Below, one piece after another: positions 1 through 11,098 of a DNA stretch of 64,000 nucleotides. The notes below the pieces were generated by a model. It had not been told where the DNA came from. It did not search any database and worked only from the letters and a program-made list of their open reading frames with translations. Position 1 is the stretch's first letter. Each line of letters begins with the position of its first letter. The DNA comes from an uncultured Phycisphaerales bacterium (GTDB lineage Bacteria; Planctomycetota; Phycisphaerae; Sedimentisphaerales; Anaerobacaceae). The translations under genes and the position numbers were made by a program. The DNA lies in NCBI GenBank assembly GCA_963772725.1, contig CAVYYI010000004.1:288001-352000 (forward strand), given 5' to 3'.

Positions 1-1096
1 CGATATTCGAGCGGACTGCGCCTGCACTGAATATCTGCCATTGGGCGGATGGACCGTAAGACCATGTGCGGTTGTCCCAGTTCGAGAGTGAATTAAAATT
101 ATTACCCTGCAGACTGGTTGAAGCTGACAGGGACAACTTGGGGAATAAATCGGCTGTGGCCACGCCTATTCGGGCGGTTGCGGCGTGTATTTGTGATTCA
201 GCGCGGCGTATGTCGGGGCGGCGCCTCAAAAGGTCGGACGGAACCCCGAGCGGAACTGTTGGGGGAGCAACCGGAATTGTTGAAGTTGGGGACAGTTCAT
301 CGAGAAGGGCGGCAGGCTCAAGGGCGAGCAAAACACTTAAATTATAGATTATTTGTCTAGCCGATGATTCCAGCACGGGAATTTGAGATGCGGTGGCCGC
401 AACCTGGGCATTGGCATTGGCTACATCCAAAGCACCAACAAAGCCGCTCTGAAATCTTTTACGGGTTATTGCGGCACTGCTTTTTTGTGCTTCGAGATTT
501 TCACGCGCAACGACAATTTGCTGCTGGAAACCACGGAGGTCGATATAGTTTAGCGCGACCTCGGCGGTGAGTGTAACCAATACATCGCGGCGGTCTTCGA
601 TGGCGGTTTTAATGTCGGCGTCGGCGGCTTCAATCCCGCGGCGAATTCCACCAAAAATGTCCACTTCCCATATCGCATCCAGACCGCTCTGGAAAAGATT
701 TCGTTTTACACCGGCGCTGGAACGGCTTCGAGAAACCGAACCTGAGAGATCAGCGGAGGGCCAGAAAGCTGAAGCGGCAATACCTCTTGATGCTCTTGCC
801 TGCCGGATACGAGCCTGAGCCTGTTGCAAATTCAGATTATTTTTAACAGCTCTATCTATCAGCGAAGTAAGAGCCGGGTCATCGAACGAAGTCCACCAAT
901 AAATGAGATTCTGTTCAGAAACGGCAGTTTGCTGTCCGTTGGAACCCAACCAGCCGGAAGTGGTTTTAGATTGCGGCGACTGATAGTCTGGTCCCACCAT
1001 GCATCCACCTAACATCGCTATACATGGAAGGGATATCAATAAGACAGCATATATGTTCAAATATTTGTATGTCACAAGCTGATTTTTCCAAAGCAT
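1..1096 (-). CDS. Efflux outer-membrane lipoprotein, NodT/OprM (TolC-like) family; runs off the window start
   Basis: Translated by hand from ATG at 1096 after RBS AAAGGAG: MLWKNQ...MLGGCMVGPDYQSP...WWTSFDDPALTSLIDRAVKNNLNL...WEVDIFGGIRR...DLLRRRPDIRRAE. Has a lipobox Cys and NodT motifs. Absent from the ORF track because its stop lies outside the window. Confidence 0.92.
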   Translation of the reverse strand, partial: MLWKNQLVTYKYLNIYAVLLISLPCIAMLGGCMVGPDYQSPQSKTTSGWLGSNGQQTAVSEQNLIYWWTSFDDPALTSLIDRAVKNNLNLQQAQARIRQARASRGIAASAFWPSADLSGSVSRSRSSAGVKRNLFQSGLDAIWEVDIFGGIRRGIEAADADIKTAIEDRRDVLVTLTAEVALNYIDLRGFQQQIVVARENLEAQKSSAAITRKRFQSGFVGALDVANANAQVAATASQIPVLESSARQIIYNLSVLLALEPAALLDELSPTSTIPVAPPTVPLGVPSDLLRRRPDIRRAESQIHAATARIGVATADLFPKLSLSASTSLQGNNFNSLSNWDNRTWSYGPSAQWQIFSAGAVRSNI

Positions 1097-1132
1097 ATAA
1101 ATCTCCTTTTAGGCCGACATTGCCGGCCTGAA

Positions 1133-2503
1133 TTACTCGTATCGCAATGCCTCAATCGGGTCTAATCTTGAAGCCTTCCACGCTGGATAGTATCCGAAAA
1201 TTATACCGACGCCTGCTGAGACAAGAACAGCTGCGATAATAGCCGCCGGTGAGGTTTTAATAGGCCAGTGGAGAAAAAACTTGACCAGATACGAACCGCC
1301 GTGTCCGAGTAAAATTCCAATAGCTCCTCCTGCCAGGCACAAAACTGTGGCTTCAACAAGGAACTGTCTGAGGATGTCACGTGCTCTGGCGCCGACGGCC
1401 ATTCGCAATCCTATTTCGCGAGTTCGTTCGGTAACAGAGACGAGCATTATATTCATAATTCCAACGCCGCCGACAACGAGCGAAATAAGAGCGACACACA
1501 AAAGCAGATTAGTCATCAGTCCCGATGTTGATGTCAGGGTTTTTACCATTTCGGCCATGTTGCGGATATTGAAATCCTCCGGGTCTCCGGGATGAATGCG
1601 GTGACGCTCCCGCAGGACATTTGTTATCTGCTGAATAACCAAGGGTATTTCGGCGGTTGACCGGGCAGCAACCATAATCTGGTCAACATTTGTAAAACGT
1701 ACGGGCATAGGGTTATCGGCTGCCTGAGTTGTGGAAGGGACAGGATATAAATTGAGCTGGCTATTGGGATAAAGCTGATTTAGTGAATTAACTGAAGATG
1801 AAGTAGTTGAGCTGCCGGTCTGGCTTGTAGTGGTTACCGAAGAACCGGTAACCCGGTATTTGATAGTTGTCCAAGGGGCCAGAATGATATCATCCTGATC
1901 CATACCCATCATGTTGGCGCCTTTTGTACTTAGAACTCCAATAACCCTTAGCGAGACATTCATAACTCTGATTTCTTTTCCGATTGGAGATTTGTTCTCA
2001 AATAGTTCACGGACGAGAGTCTGACCCAGGATGCAGACCCTGTTTCCGTTTCTGACATCGCGGTCGGTAAAAATTTCACCTTCGGCGAGATTGGTCCAGT
2101 CGCGAATATCAAGAAATTCCGGCGAGGTGCCGTAAATGGTAGGAGGAATCCAGTTTCGATTACCATAAATTACCTGGCCGTGAGCACGAACTACCGGAGC
2201 GGCCGTGCTAACGGCGGGGCAATCTCGCAAGATGGCATCGCAATCCTGAGGAGTCAATGTCTTAGCGCTGCCTGTCCCGAAAGTTATACCGCCGCTGGCT
2301 GCTGTACCGGGCAGAACAAGAATGCTGTTTGCGCCCATGCTGGCAATTGTTTTTTGTATCATCGCGGAGGAACCGCTTCCTATCTCCATCATCGCGATAA
2401 CGGCTGCGACACCGATGACGATACCGAGTGTTGTTAAAAAAGCCCTCATGGGGTTACGCCGCAAAGCTCTGAACGCGGTCTTTAGAGTACGATGAATTTT
2501 CAT
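1133..2503 (-). CDS. ABC transporter permease, MacB/FtsX family
   Basis: MRAFLTTLGIVIGVAAVIAM, GGVGIMNIMLVSVTERTREIGLRMAVGA, PAWKASRLDPIEALRYE. Confidence 0.95.
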   Translation of the reverse strand: MKIHRTLKTAFRALRRNPMRAFLTTLGIVIGVAAVIAMMEIGSGSSAMIQKTIASMGANSILVLPGTAASGGITFGTGSAKTLTPQDCDAILRDCPAVSTAAPVVRAHGQVIYGNRNWIPPTIYGTSPEFLDIRDWTNLAEGEIFTDRDVRNGNRVCILGQTLVRELFENKSPIGKEIRVMNVSLRVIGVLSTKGANMMGMDQDDIILAPWTTIKYRVTGSSVTTTSQTGSSTTSSSVNSLNQLYPNSQLNLYPVPSTTQAADNPMPVRFTNVDQIMVAARSTAEIPLVIQQITNVLRERHRIHPGDPEDFNIRNMAEMVKTLTSTSGLMTNLLLCVALISLVVGGVGIMNIMLVSVTERTREIGLRMAVGARARDILRQFLVEATVLCLAGGAIGILLGHGGSYLVKFFLHWPIKTSPAAIIAAVLVSAGVGIIFGYYPAWKASRLDPIEALRYE

Positions 2504-3201
2504 GATACACCCCCTTTATTATTTTCACCGTCAATGACACCGTCGCGGATATGGATTATACGCCTGGCGTGTTTCGCTATTCCTGGGTCGTGCGTAACGA
2601 GGATGACAGTGATTCCCTGTTCTTCGTTAAGTTTCTGAAACAACCGCAGGACTTCTTCGCTTGTATGAGAATCGAGGTTTCCGGTCGGCTCATCTGCCAG
2701 AAGAATAGTCGGAGTGTTAATTAACGCCCGCGCAATCGCGACTCTCTGCTGCTGTCCGCCTGAAAGCTGAGAAGGTTCGTGATGCATCCTGTCCTCAAGC
2801 CCCATGATACAAAGCATTTCAACGGCTTTTTGACGGGCATGCCTGTCGGATATATTTTCGGCGGTATAAGTCAGCGGCATCATTACATTATCCAGCGCGC
2901 TGGTGCGAGGCAGGAGGTTGAAGCTCTGAAACACAAAACCAATCCTGTGGTTTCGTACTAAAGCGCGTTTGTCAGAAGAGATGCTGGATATTTCCTGTCC
3001 GTCAAGCCAATACTCTCCTGAAGTGGGGCGGTCAAGACATCCGAGAATATTCATCAAAGTACTTTTACCTGAGCCGGAAGCGCCCATCAAAGCAACCAAT
3101 TCGCCTTTAGCGATAACCAGCGATATTCCATGGAGCACTGGCACATCTATGTCGCCGATGTAATATGTCTTGCGAATGTTTTTTAATTCTATAAGTTCCA
3201 T
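2500..3201 (-). CDS. ABC transporter ATP-binding protein, MacB/LolD-like
   Basis: Walker [10 protein letters not shown], signature LSGGQQQRV, Walker [13 protein letters not shown]. Confidence 0.95.
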   Translation of the reverse strand: MELIELKNIRKTYYIGDIDVPVLHGISLVIAKGELVALMGASGSGKSTLMNILGCLDRPTSGEYWLDGQEISSISSDKRALVRNHRIGFVFQSFNLLPRTSALDNVMMPLTYTAENISDRHARQKAVEMLCIMGLEDRMHHEPSQLSGGQQQRVAIARALINTPTILLADEPTGNLDSHTSEEVLRLFQKLNEEQGITVILVTHDPGIAKHARRIIHIRDGVIDGENNKGGVS

Positions 3202-3231
3202 AACATTTTCGATTCTCGAATTAACGCCTTT

Positions 3232-4567
3232 TTAACGAGCTGACGGTGTTTGGCTTCTCCTGAACTGCGGAGTAAACGGATTAGTAGTCCCGTCATCGCG
3301 AGATTCCTGCTGTTGTTCTCCGATGATGACCGCGAGTCCTTGTTTTATTTTATTACCAGATATTTCTGTCATTTTACTATCATCTGTCAGACCTACACGC
3401 ACTTTAATTGGCTTGACATAACCATCTTCCTGAACCCAGACTATACCGTGAGTGCGGCTGTTATTTGCGGATTGCGTTTCAGAATTTGTCGATGATTGTT
3501 CTTCGTTTACTGGATTTGGTTTTTGATGCGTATCACTGGCCAACTCTTCCCTGTGTTCTGGAGAAATCTGTTCGGGCTGCGGTTGCCATTGCAGGGCTGC
3601 ACTCGGAACCATCAATACGTTATCTTTACGGCTCACCTCAAAGTTGACGGCCGCCGTCAGGTAGGGGAGCAATTTGCCGCTGGAATTATCGGTAAGGACT
3701 TCAACTGTATAGGTAACTACATTTTGGGTCATAGTCGCATTGAGACGGACTTTCCCGACCTCACCGTGAAAAACTTCGTCAGGATATGCCGAGACGGTAA
3801 AGGTTACCGGCTGACCCGGATTGATATTTCCAATATCGGCCTCGGCCACCGAAACCCAGACCTGCATGCGTTTAAGGTCTTTGGCGATAAGAAACAAACT
3901 CGGCGCATTTAAGCTTGATACGACTGTTTGACCGATGTTTACGCGGCGGTCAATAATAACACCCTTAACCGGAGACTTGATTGTGCAGTAGCTGAGATTT
4001 CGCTTTGCCCGCTGAAGAGCGGCCTTGGCTTGTGTGATATTTGCCTGTCCAACTGTGATGTTTGCCTTGGCGATTTCATAACCTGATTTGTAAGCGTCAT
4101 AACTGCTCTGGGCTAATGCTTCAGACGGACCGAGTTTTTGAGCGCGCTGCCAGTCTTGCTGTGCCTGATAGAGTTTGGCTTTCATTTGTTCAAGGTTGGC
4201 CTCGGCTTGCTGCAATTGGGCGGCAACCTGTGCCTCATCCGCGGCATAAAGTGAATCATCAATTTGAGCAAGTATCGTTCCTTCTTCCACGACAGAACCA
4301 TAATCAATTGTTTTGCCGTCTTTGTCTTTGCCGAAAGTAAGAATTAGTCCCGCAACCTGTGCGCACGACATCTATCACTTCCTCAGGTTCCACCGTGCCG
4401 TTAGCTCCGATAGTTGCCAGAAGGTTGCCGTATTTCACTTCTGCCGTGCGATAAGAAACCGCGTTTCCTTTGGTATTAGACACATACCAGATACCGGCGA
4501 CGCATATAAAACCAAGTACAATTATTAAAATGATATTTTGTCTGGTCAAAAGCTTAATAAGTTTCAT
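3232..4567 (-). CDS. Efflux periplasmic adaptor (MacA-like membrane fusion protein); one frameshift near 4365
   Basis: ORFs 4304..4567 (TM anchor, ...GTVEPEEVIDV) and 3232..4371 (AQVAGLI...TIKSPVKGVIIDRRVNIGQTVVSSL) join as ...VIDVGAQVAG if one extra base is removed. Confidence 0.9.
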
Positions 4568-4568
4568 A

Positions 4569-5309
4569 TCAATACCTCACTTTGTTATGCTGGTTTTGTG
4601 AAGAGTTTCTAACGATTTCTACGATTGGCGTATTGGCATGTTTCGCAAGTTCTCCATTTTCAATCTGACGTCTGATTTCTCTGATGCCGGCCAGAGAAAA
4701 ACGTGTGATATGCTCTGCCATTTCTTCGACTTGGAATTTCCCAGGCGAAATACCTGCCTTGGCTTCAATATTGGCAAAAAGCTCACTATGCCGCATGCGA
4801 ACCATAAAGTCCAGACACTGGGCCATGATGCTCATCTGGCAAAGCAGAATCCGCTGTTCCGGTGCGCGGTTGCCCATCAGTTCCCGGATAATAGATGCAA
4901 ATTCGCGCCGCAGCGGTTCAATCGTTTTTCGCATAACTTCAGAGAGAAGGCCGGTCGGATTGATGCGTTCCCTGTTTATAATCTCAAACTCGTGACTTTC
5001 AGGGTCGGCAAAACGTCTCAGGGCTGCAAGTATTCGACCATGCAGTCGTTCTTCGGCAGGGGCGCTGGAAGGAACCCCGCCATCTGGCGGATAAGTTGCC
5101 AGCGACCGGTGAAACGCCATACGCCATGCCTCAGTGTATAACGTTTCCTTGTCACCGAAGTAGTAATTGACTGCCGCGATATTGGCACCTGCGCGTTTAC
5201 AGATATCGGCGATTGTCGCATCGCGATAGTTTTTTTTCGCAAACACTTCGCATGCCCCCTCAAGCAGTCTGTCTCGCGTAATGATGCTTGATTTATTTTT
5301 TGATTTCAT
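4569..5309 (-). CDS. TetR-family transcriptional regulator with CerR/DUF1956-like C-terminal domain
   Basis: N-terminal HTH TRDRLLEGACEVFAKKNYRDATIADICKRAGANIAAVNYYFGDKETLY; C-terminal HITRFSLAGI; first gene of the efflux operon. Confidence 0.9.
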   Translation of the reverse strand: MKSKNKSSIITRDRLLEGACEVFAKKNYRDATIADICKRAGANIAAVNYYFGDKETLYTEAWRMAFHRSLATYPPDGGVPSSAPAEERLHGRILAALRRFADPESHEFEIINRERINPTGLLSEVMRKTIEPLRREFASIIRELMGNRAPEQRILLCQMSIMAQCLDFMVRMRHSELFANIEAKAGISPGKFQVEEMAEHITRFSLAGIREIRRQIENGELAKHANTPIVEIVRNSSQNQHNKVRY

Positions 5310-5366
5310 ATTGTTCCCTGAACTTAATCGATTAATTCTTATTTCAATCGTCTATTTCAAATACAT

Positions 5367-5394
5367 ATTTTAATTTTTTTTGTTCAAATGTCAA
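5367..5394 (-). promoter_or_regulatory. Putative sigma70 promoter of the TetR-efflux operon, overlapping candidate operators
   Basis: Minus strand TTGACA (5389-5394), 16 nt, TAAAAT (5367-5372); palindromic sites at 5324-5373. Confidence 0.5.
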
Positions 5395-5654
5395 TAGAAA
5401 AAACTTTTTTCGATAACCATTCCCGGGGAAAACCGCATTTTTGTTCCGCCTATGGCTGAGAGCTTATCGCATTAAAGCCGCCGGCATAACAGTTACGGTC
5501 GTTCCATCTTTTCTCTATACCACAATAAAAAGGGTTGTCAGGGGTGTTTATTTTGAAGGAAATAAAAAACGGGGAAAATTTTTATTGCTAAAGGACATAA
5601 AATCAGGCATAATAATATGTTTATGAGTTTTAAAGTTATCATTAAGGAGCGTAA

Positions 5655-6389
5655 ATGGGACCGGTATTGAACGGGTTGATAAAACTTCAAAGCGTTGAAA
5701 ACCGTTTGGGTGCTACCAAAGCCAAGCTCGCAAGGTGCAGAAGAAACGTAATACTTCAGGAAAATCAAATCAGGAATCTGCAAAGTGCGATGGAGGCCAA
5801 AAAAGAAGAGATAAAGCTGACAAGGCTGCAAAGCGACAGGCTGGAGTTGGAGTTAAGAAGCAGGGAGGAGACGATAGCCAAGGCAAGAACGTCCCTGAAT
5901 GTGGCAAAAACAAATAAGGAATATTCAGCGATTCTGGTTCAGCTTAATACCGCCAGGGCGGACAACTCGAAACTCGAAGGGCAAATCCTCGAATTTATGA
6001 AGGATATCGAAGCAGATGAAGCTGAGTGTAAGAATATCCAGGCTCAGATAGAAGAGCAAAAGCAAAAACTTGAACAAATCCGAGGCGAATCGGAGTCGTC
6101 AGCGATAAAATACGAGGCAGAGCTTAAGGGTATTCAGGCAGAGTGGGACAATGCCGCCAAAGATATACCATTTGAGTCGCTGGCGATATTCAAAAGAGTG
6201 GCGGAGACTTATGACGGCGAGGCATTGGCGATGGCTGAACAGCAGAGTGAGAATACCGATGCGTATAGCTGCGGCGGATGTTTCATGGGTATTACGGTGG
6301 AGACCATAAATTTACTTATGGCTAAAGACGACATAATCCGCTGTCCAAACTGTACCAGGATACTTGTGCTTGGCAACGCGAATGAGTAA
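5655..6389 (+). CDS. Coiled-coil protein with C4 zinc-ribbon domain (DUF164 / CT398-HP0958-like)
   Basis: Long coiled coil followed by CGGC...CPNC (YSCGGCFMGI...IIRCPNCTRIL). Confidence 0.9.
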   Translation: MGPVLNGLIKLQSVENRLGATKAKLARCRRNVILQENQIRNLQSAMEAKKEEIKLTRLQSDRLELELRSREETIAKARTSLNVAKTNKEYSAILVQLNTARADNSKLEGQILEFMKDIEADEAECKNIQAQIEEQKQKLEQIRGESESSAIKYEAELKGIQAEWDNAAKDIPFESLAIFKRVAETYDGEALAMAEQQSENTDAYSCGGCFMGITVETINLLMAKDDIIRCPNCTRILVLGNANE

Positions 6390-6433
6390 ATCTCATATTT
6401 TGTGTGTTTCCGGCGATTTGAGGAGCAGTTCTT

Positions 6434-7531
6434 TTGCTGGATGAAATAATTATTTATACCGATGGGGGCAGCAGGGGTAATCCCGGGCCTGCGGCCGGGG
6501 GCTATATTTTAACGGACAAGGCGAAGAATCAGCTTTGCGCCAGAGGGGTGTTTCTCGGTGAGACGACGAACAATGTGGCAGAATACACTGGGTTCATAAA
6601 AGCGCTGGAGGCCGCAAAGAGTATCGGGGCGCGGTGTGTAACTGTTTTCAGCGACAGCGAGCTATTGGTCAGGCAGATTAACGGGCAGTATCGCGTCAAA
6701 AGTGAGAATCTTGTGGAACTTTATAATAGCGCGTTGGAATTATTAAGCACTTTCGGAAGTTGGAAGGTTATTCATGTACCCAGGGATAAAAATTCAGCGG
6801 CGGATAAACTGGTAAATCTGGCACTGGATAAGGGAAGGGATGTTGCCGGGGCTTTTGTGAAGAGCCCCAGTCCGGAGATTAAAGCAGCACCTTTGCACAA
6901 GGCGGCTAAGTCAAAGCCAATCAGGCTCGGTGTTTTAATCAGCGGGGGCGGGACGACGCTGCTGAATATTTTGGAATATATCAAGAGCGGACAGCTTAAC
7001 ACGGAAGTAGCAGTTGTGATAAGCTCACTTTCGACGGCAGGAGGTGTTGAAAAGGCGAAAAAAGCTGGGCTGAATGTAAAAATTATCCGTAAGAAAGATT
7101 ACCCTGATATGGAACAGTTCAGCGGGCGCATCGAGGAGGAACTTGACGCGGCGAAGGTCGATTTGGTGGTTCAAGGCGGCTGGCTGTGTCTGTGGAAGAT
7201 ACCGGCCAAGTATGAAAACCGTGTTATGAATATACATCCCGCGCTGCTTCCGAGTTTCGGCGGGAAGGGGATGTGGGGACATCACGTTCACGAGGCGGTT
7301 TTAAAAGCGGGGTGTAAGATTAGCGGCTGTACGGTGCATTTTTGTACGAACGAATATGATGCGGGACCGATTATTGTTCAGCGATGCTGCGAGGTGAAAG
7401 AGGGGGATACGCCAGAAACGCTTGCCGCAAGAGTTTTCGAGCAGGAGTGTATCGCGTATCCAGAGGCGATAAGGCTTTTCGCTGAAGACAAAGTGGTTAT
7501 TAAAAACGGAAGGGCAGAGGTAAAGCCCTGA
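6434..7531 (+). CDS. purN: Fusion of ribonuclease HI domain and phosphoribosylglycinamide formyltransferase
   Basis: N-terminal YTDGGSRGNPG...TNNVAEY...SDSELLVRQ...NSAADKL (RNase HI); C-terminal LISGGGTT...NIHPALLPSFGG...GCTVHF...YDAGPII (PurN); single ORF. Confidence 0.9.
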   Translation: MLDEIIIYTDGGSRGNPGPAAGGYILTDKAKNQLCARGVFLGETTNNVAEYTGFIKALEAAKSIGARCVTVFSDSELLVRQINGQYRVKSENLVELYNSALELLSTFGSWKVIHVPRDKNSAADKLVNLALDKGRDVAGAFVKSPSPEIKAAPLHKAAKSKPIRLGVLISGGGTTLLNILEYIKSGQLNTEVAVVISSLSTAGGVEKAKKAGLNVKIIRKKDYPDMEQFSGRIEEELDAAKVDLVVQGGWLCLWKIPAKYENRVMNIHPALLPSFGGKGMWGHHVHEAVLKAGCKISGCTVHFCTNEYDAGPIIVQRCCEVKEGDTPETLAARVFEQECIAYPEAIRLFAEDKVVIKNGRAEVKP

Positions 7532-7545
7532 AAGTTATATAAACT

Positions 7546-8023
7546 ATGGCATACGAGAAAAAGATTAACAGGCAACAATCATTCAAGAATTACAAAAGAG
7601 CTGTTTTATCGAAATTTGCAACTGTAATTGTACTGACGCTTATTGTGGCTGGGGCAATGGCTGTGATTAAGGATTATGTAAATCGCTCCGAAGCGATGGT
7701 TGCGATGGATGCTCTCAGTAAAAAGGTTATTGATTATTGCGGGAAATACGGTTCGGTTCCTCCTGAATCATATATCAACGAGCCTCAAAGCCAGTCTGCC
7801 GGGAAAGGTTCGGCTTGGTGAATTGGTTTATTGCGGTTTATGGATTGACGACGATTCGCCGCCTGAGACGATTCTTGCTTATACTCAAAAGAAATACTCG
7901 CGGCTATCTTTAGGGTGCGGCTATGTTGTGCTCCGCCTTAATGGGAAAGTGGAATGGATTAATAGTAAAGATTTTGAATCGGATGTGAATCTGAAAAAGC
8001 CGCCGCTGCCGTTAAAACGTTAA
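7546..8023 (+). CDS. Hypothetical membrane-anchored protein; frameshift near 7780
   Basis: Overlapping ORFs 7546..7821 (one TM helix) and 7700..8023 read as one protein across one indel. Confidence 0.55.
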
Positions 8024-8167
8024 CAGGCGTTTTTGGGCAGTTCGATTTTTAACTTGATTATATGCGGATTGACCTTATTATATCTGGCTAATATAAACTA
8101 AGCGATGGTCGATTTAAATCAATAAGAGAATTTTTAAAAGAACCAGTGTTTTGAAAGGAAAATTTAA

Positions 8168-9368
8168 ATGGCGACGAAGTTGAGTTTTAACAATAATCGT
8201 GACAATGACAAGTATCTCTTCACGAGCGAATCTGTGACGATGGGTCATCCGGATAAGGTGGCGGACCACATTTCAGACGCAATCCTCAACGCGATGATCG
8301 CGCAGGACCCCAGGAGCAGGGTCGCCTGCGAGACGCTTGTATCGACAGGCCTTGTAGTTGTGGCGGGCGAAATTACCACCAAGGCGATTGTTAATATCCC
8401 GGACGTGGTGCGCGAGACGATTAAGAAAATAGGTTATACCGAGCCGGAGCTGGGTTTCGATTTTGAAAACTGCGCGGTGATGGTTGCCATTGATAAGCAG
8501 AGTCCTGATATTTCTCAGGGAGTAACGGAAGGGCAGGGGCTTCATAAGGAACAAGGGGCCGGCGACCAGGGATTGATGTTCGGTTATGCGTGCAAAGAGA
8601 CGCCGGAACTTATGCCTATGCCGATTCAGCTCGCGCACGCTTTGACGATAAGGCTCGAAAAAATGAGACAGACAAAGAAGCTGCCGTGGTTGAGGCCGGA
8701 CGGCAAGAGCCAGGTAACAGTCGAATATAAGAACGGAAAACCTAAACGTATTCATACGGTGGTAGTTTCAACGCAGCATGCGCCAACTATTCCGTACAAT
8801 CAATTGAGAAAGCAGATTATCGAAAAGGTTATTCTGCCGGTTTTGCCAAAGCGGCTTGTCGATAAAGATACCATCTACCATGTTAATCCTACCGGCCGAT
8901 TCGTAATTGGCGGGCCGAAAGGTGACACCGGCGTAACAGGCAGAAAAATCATCGTTGATACCTACGGCGGAAAAGGCAGGCACGGCGGTGGAGCGTTCAG
9001 CGGTAAAGACCCGTCAAAGGTCGATAGAACCGCATGCTACATGGCTCGTTACGTTGCCAAGAATATTGTGGCGGCAGGTCTTGCGGATGTCTGCGAGGTG
9101 CAGTTGTCGTATGCAATCGGAGTAGCTGAGCCGATTTCGGTTCTTGTGGATACCAAGGGAACCGCGAAAATCAGCGAGCAGAAAATCAGTCATATCGTCA
9201 GAGAAATTTTCCCGCTGACTCCTAAAAAGATGATTTCACATTTGAAACTTGCGCGTCCTGTTTTTGCGCAGAACATCTTACGGCGGACATTTCGGCAGAA
9301 ACCTGCCTGACTTCACGTGGGAGAAGACCGACAAAGTTAAAGAGTTACGAAAAGCGGCAGGGCTTTAA
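8168..9368 (+). CDS. metK: S-adenosylmethionine synthetase; frameshift near 9266
   Basis: [31 protein letters not shown]. The conserved end [22 protein letters not shown]...AAGL* is in a shifted frame ending at 9368. Confidence 0.97.
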
Positions 9369-9371
9369 TAG

Positions 9372-9399
9372 TTTTGAGTGTTGAGTTTTTAGATTTGAG
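9372..9399. repeat. Four degenerate tandem heptamers (TTTTGAG-like)
   Basis: TTTTGAG TGTTGAG TTTTTAG ATTTGAG. Confidence 0.55.
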
Positions 9400-9401
9400 T
9401 T

Positions 9402-9441
9402 AAAAAAATAAGGCGGGTTAAAAGTCCGCCTTACTTTTTTT
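9402..9441. terminator. Bidirectional intrinsic terminator between convergent metK and purH
   Basis: A-run, TAAGGCGG, loop, CCGCCTTA, T-run. Confidence 0.8.
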
Positions 9442-9445
9442 GTTT

Positions 9446-11056
9446 TTAGTGTTTGAAGTGTCGTTTGCCGGTGAAGACCATTGCGATGCCGTATTTGTCT
9501 GCGGCGGCGATGACGTCGTTGTCTTTCTTTGAGCCGCCGGGCTGGATGATGCATGCGACGCCGACGGCGGCGGCGTTATCGACGTTGTCCGGGAATGGGA
9601 AGAATGCGTCGGAGGCCATCGCGGAACCTTTAGTTTCTTCGCCGGCCATTTTGAAGGCGAGTTTGCCTGATTCGACGCGATTCATTTGTCCTGCGCCAAC
9701 GCCGATAACTTTTTTATTTTTGGCAAGGACGATTGTATTGCTTTTTACATGTTTTGCGGCAATCCATGCGATTCTTAAATCTTCAAGCTGTTGCTTTGTT
9801 GGTTTTGTTTTTGTGGGATAGGTGAGGGAGTCGGGTTCCCATGCGACCAAATCGCGTTTTTGGAGTAAAAGCCCGCCTACGACACAGCGGATATCTCTTT
9901 CGCTTATCGCTCTTTTTGTTTTGTCAATTGCGCCTGTGGCGAGCAGTCTAACTTCTGACCCCAGGTTTTTAAAGTCCTGATTGTTTGAACAGCGTCGTTT
10001 TCAAAAGCGGGGGCGATAATGACTTCGGCAAAGAAGCCGGCGGCGCCTTTGGCTTTGCCGAACCGGGCGTAAGATTCCATAATTGTTGTCGCAAGTGCCT
10101 TATCTACGGTTCTGTTGACGGCGATTATGCCGCCAAATGCGCTGACGACGTCGGTTTCATAGGCCTTCTGATAGGCGATATGAATATCATTGTCGATCGC
10201 AACACCGCATGGGTTCATGTGTTTTACAACTACAACGGCAGGCTCGTCAAATTCCTTAACCAGTTCAAAGGCAGCGTTTGCATCCATAAGGTTATTAAAA
10301 CTGATTTCCTTTCCGCCGGGCAGGAGTGTAGCTATGCCGATGGAAGGTTCGCTGCTGGATGGGAGTTTATAGAAAGCACCGCTTTGATGGGGGTTTTCGC
10401 CGTAGCGAAGTTCCATACCTTTGTTGACAGCGATCGTTACGCGCTTGCGGATATTCGATGCCTGCTTTGGCGTTGAGGTAGTTACTGATAGCGGAATCAT
10501 AAGAGGCGGTAAGGCCAAAGGCGATTCTGGCGAAGTCGCTGCGAGTTTTTTCACTGACCGAGCCTTTATTTGCCTGCATTTCCGAGATTACTAAATCATA
10601 CTGGCAGGGGTCGGTTACAATTGTTACGAATTTATGATTTTTCGCTGCGGAGCGAATCATGCTTGGGCCGCCGATATCGATATTCTCAATAGCTTCTTCG
10701 AGGGTGCAATCGGGTTTTGCAACGGTTTGTTCGAAGGGATAGAGATTTACGCAGACCAAATCAATAGGCTCAATGCCGTGCTGTTTCATTGCGGTAACGT
10801 GTTCTGTTTTATCTCGCAGGGCGAGCAGGCCGCCGTGAATTTTCGGGTGGAGCGTTTTTACTCTGCCGTCCATCATTTCGGGAAAACCTGTAACGGACTC
10901 GATTCCAGTAACAGCAACTCCGGAGTCGCTGAGTTTTTTCGCGGTTCCGCCTGTGCTGATTATCTTGACCCCCATTGTGCTGAGTTTTTCAGCGAATTCG
11001 ACAATTCCCTTTTTGTCGGTAACACTTATAAGTGCGGTATTGATTTTCACATCCAT
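9446..11056 (-). CDS. purH: Bifunctional AICAR transformylase/IMP cyclohydrolase; two frameshifts (near 10445 and 9960)
   Basis: Three frames: [10 protein letters not shown]...[14 protein letters not shown]...[19 protein letters not shown]...[16 protein letters not shown]...[10 protein letters not shown]...TGKRHFKH. Confidence 0.96.
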
Positions 11057-11098
11057 TCGAAATCACTTCCTTATAAAATTAAAAAATCAAAGTTCAAA

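Noticed and set aside
66..1012. Short plus-strand ORFs at the window start
   Set aside because: Antisense shadows of the NodT-family gene on the minus strand
8024..8167. Possible SAM riboswitch upstream of metK
   Set aside because: No recognisable SAM-I/II/V core or terminator; AT-rich promoter-like DNA only. An Rfam scan would be decisive.
9446..11056. purH, metK, cydAB and GH genes as true pseudogenes or programmed frameshifts
   Set aside because: Breaks hit core genes, the pieces are otherwise well conserved, and I saw no consistent slippery-site signal; sequencing error is more parsimonious
11057..11098. Possible ZTP riboswitch before purH
   Set aside because: The gap is only 42 nt
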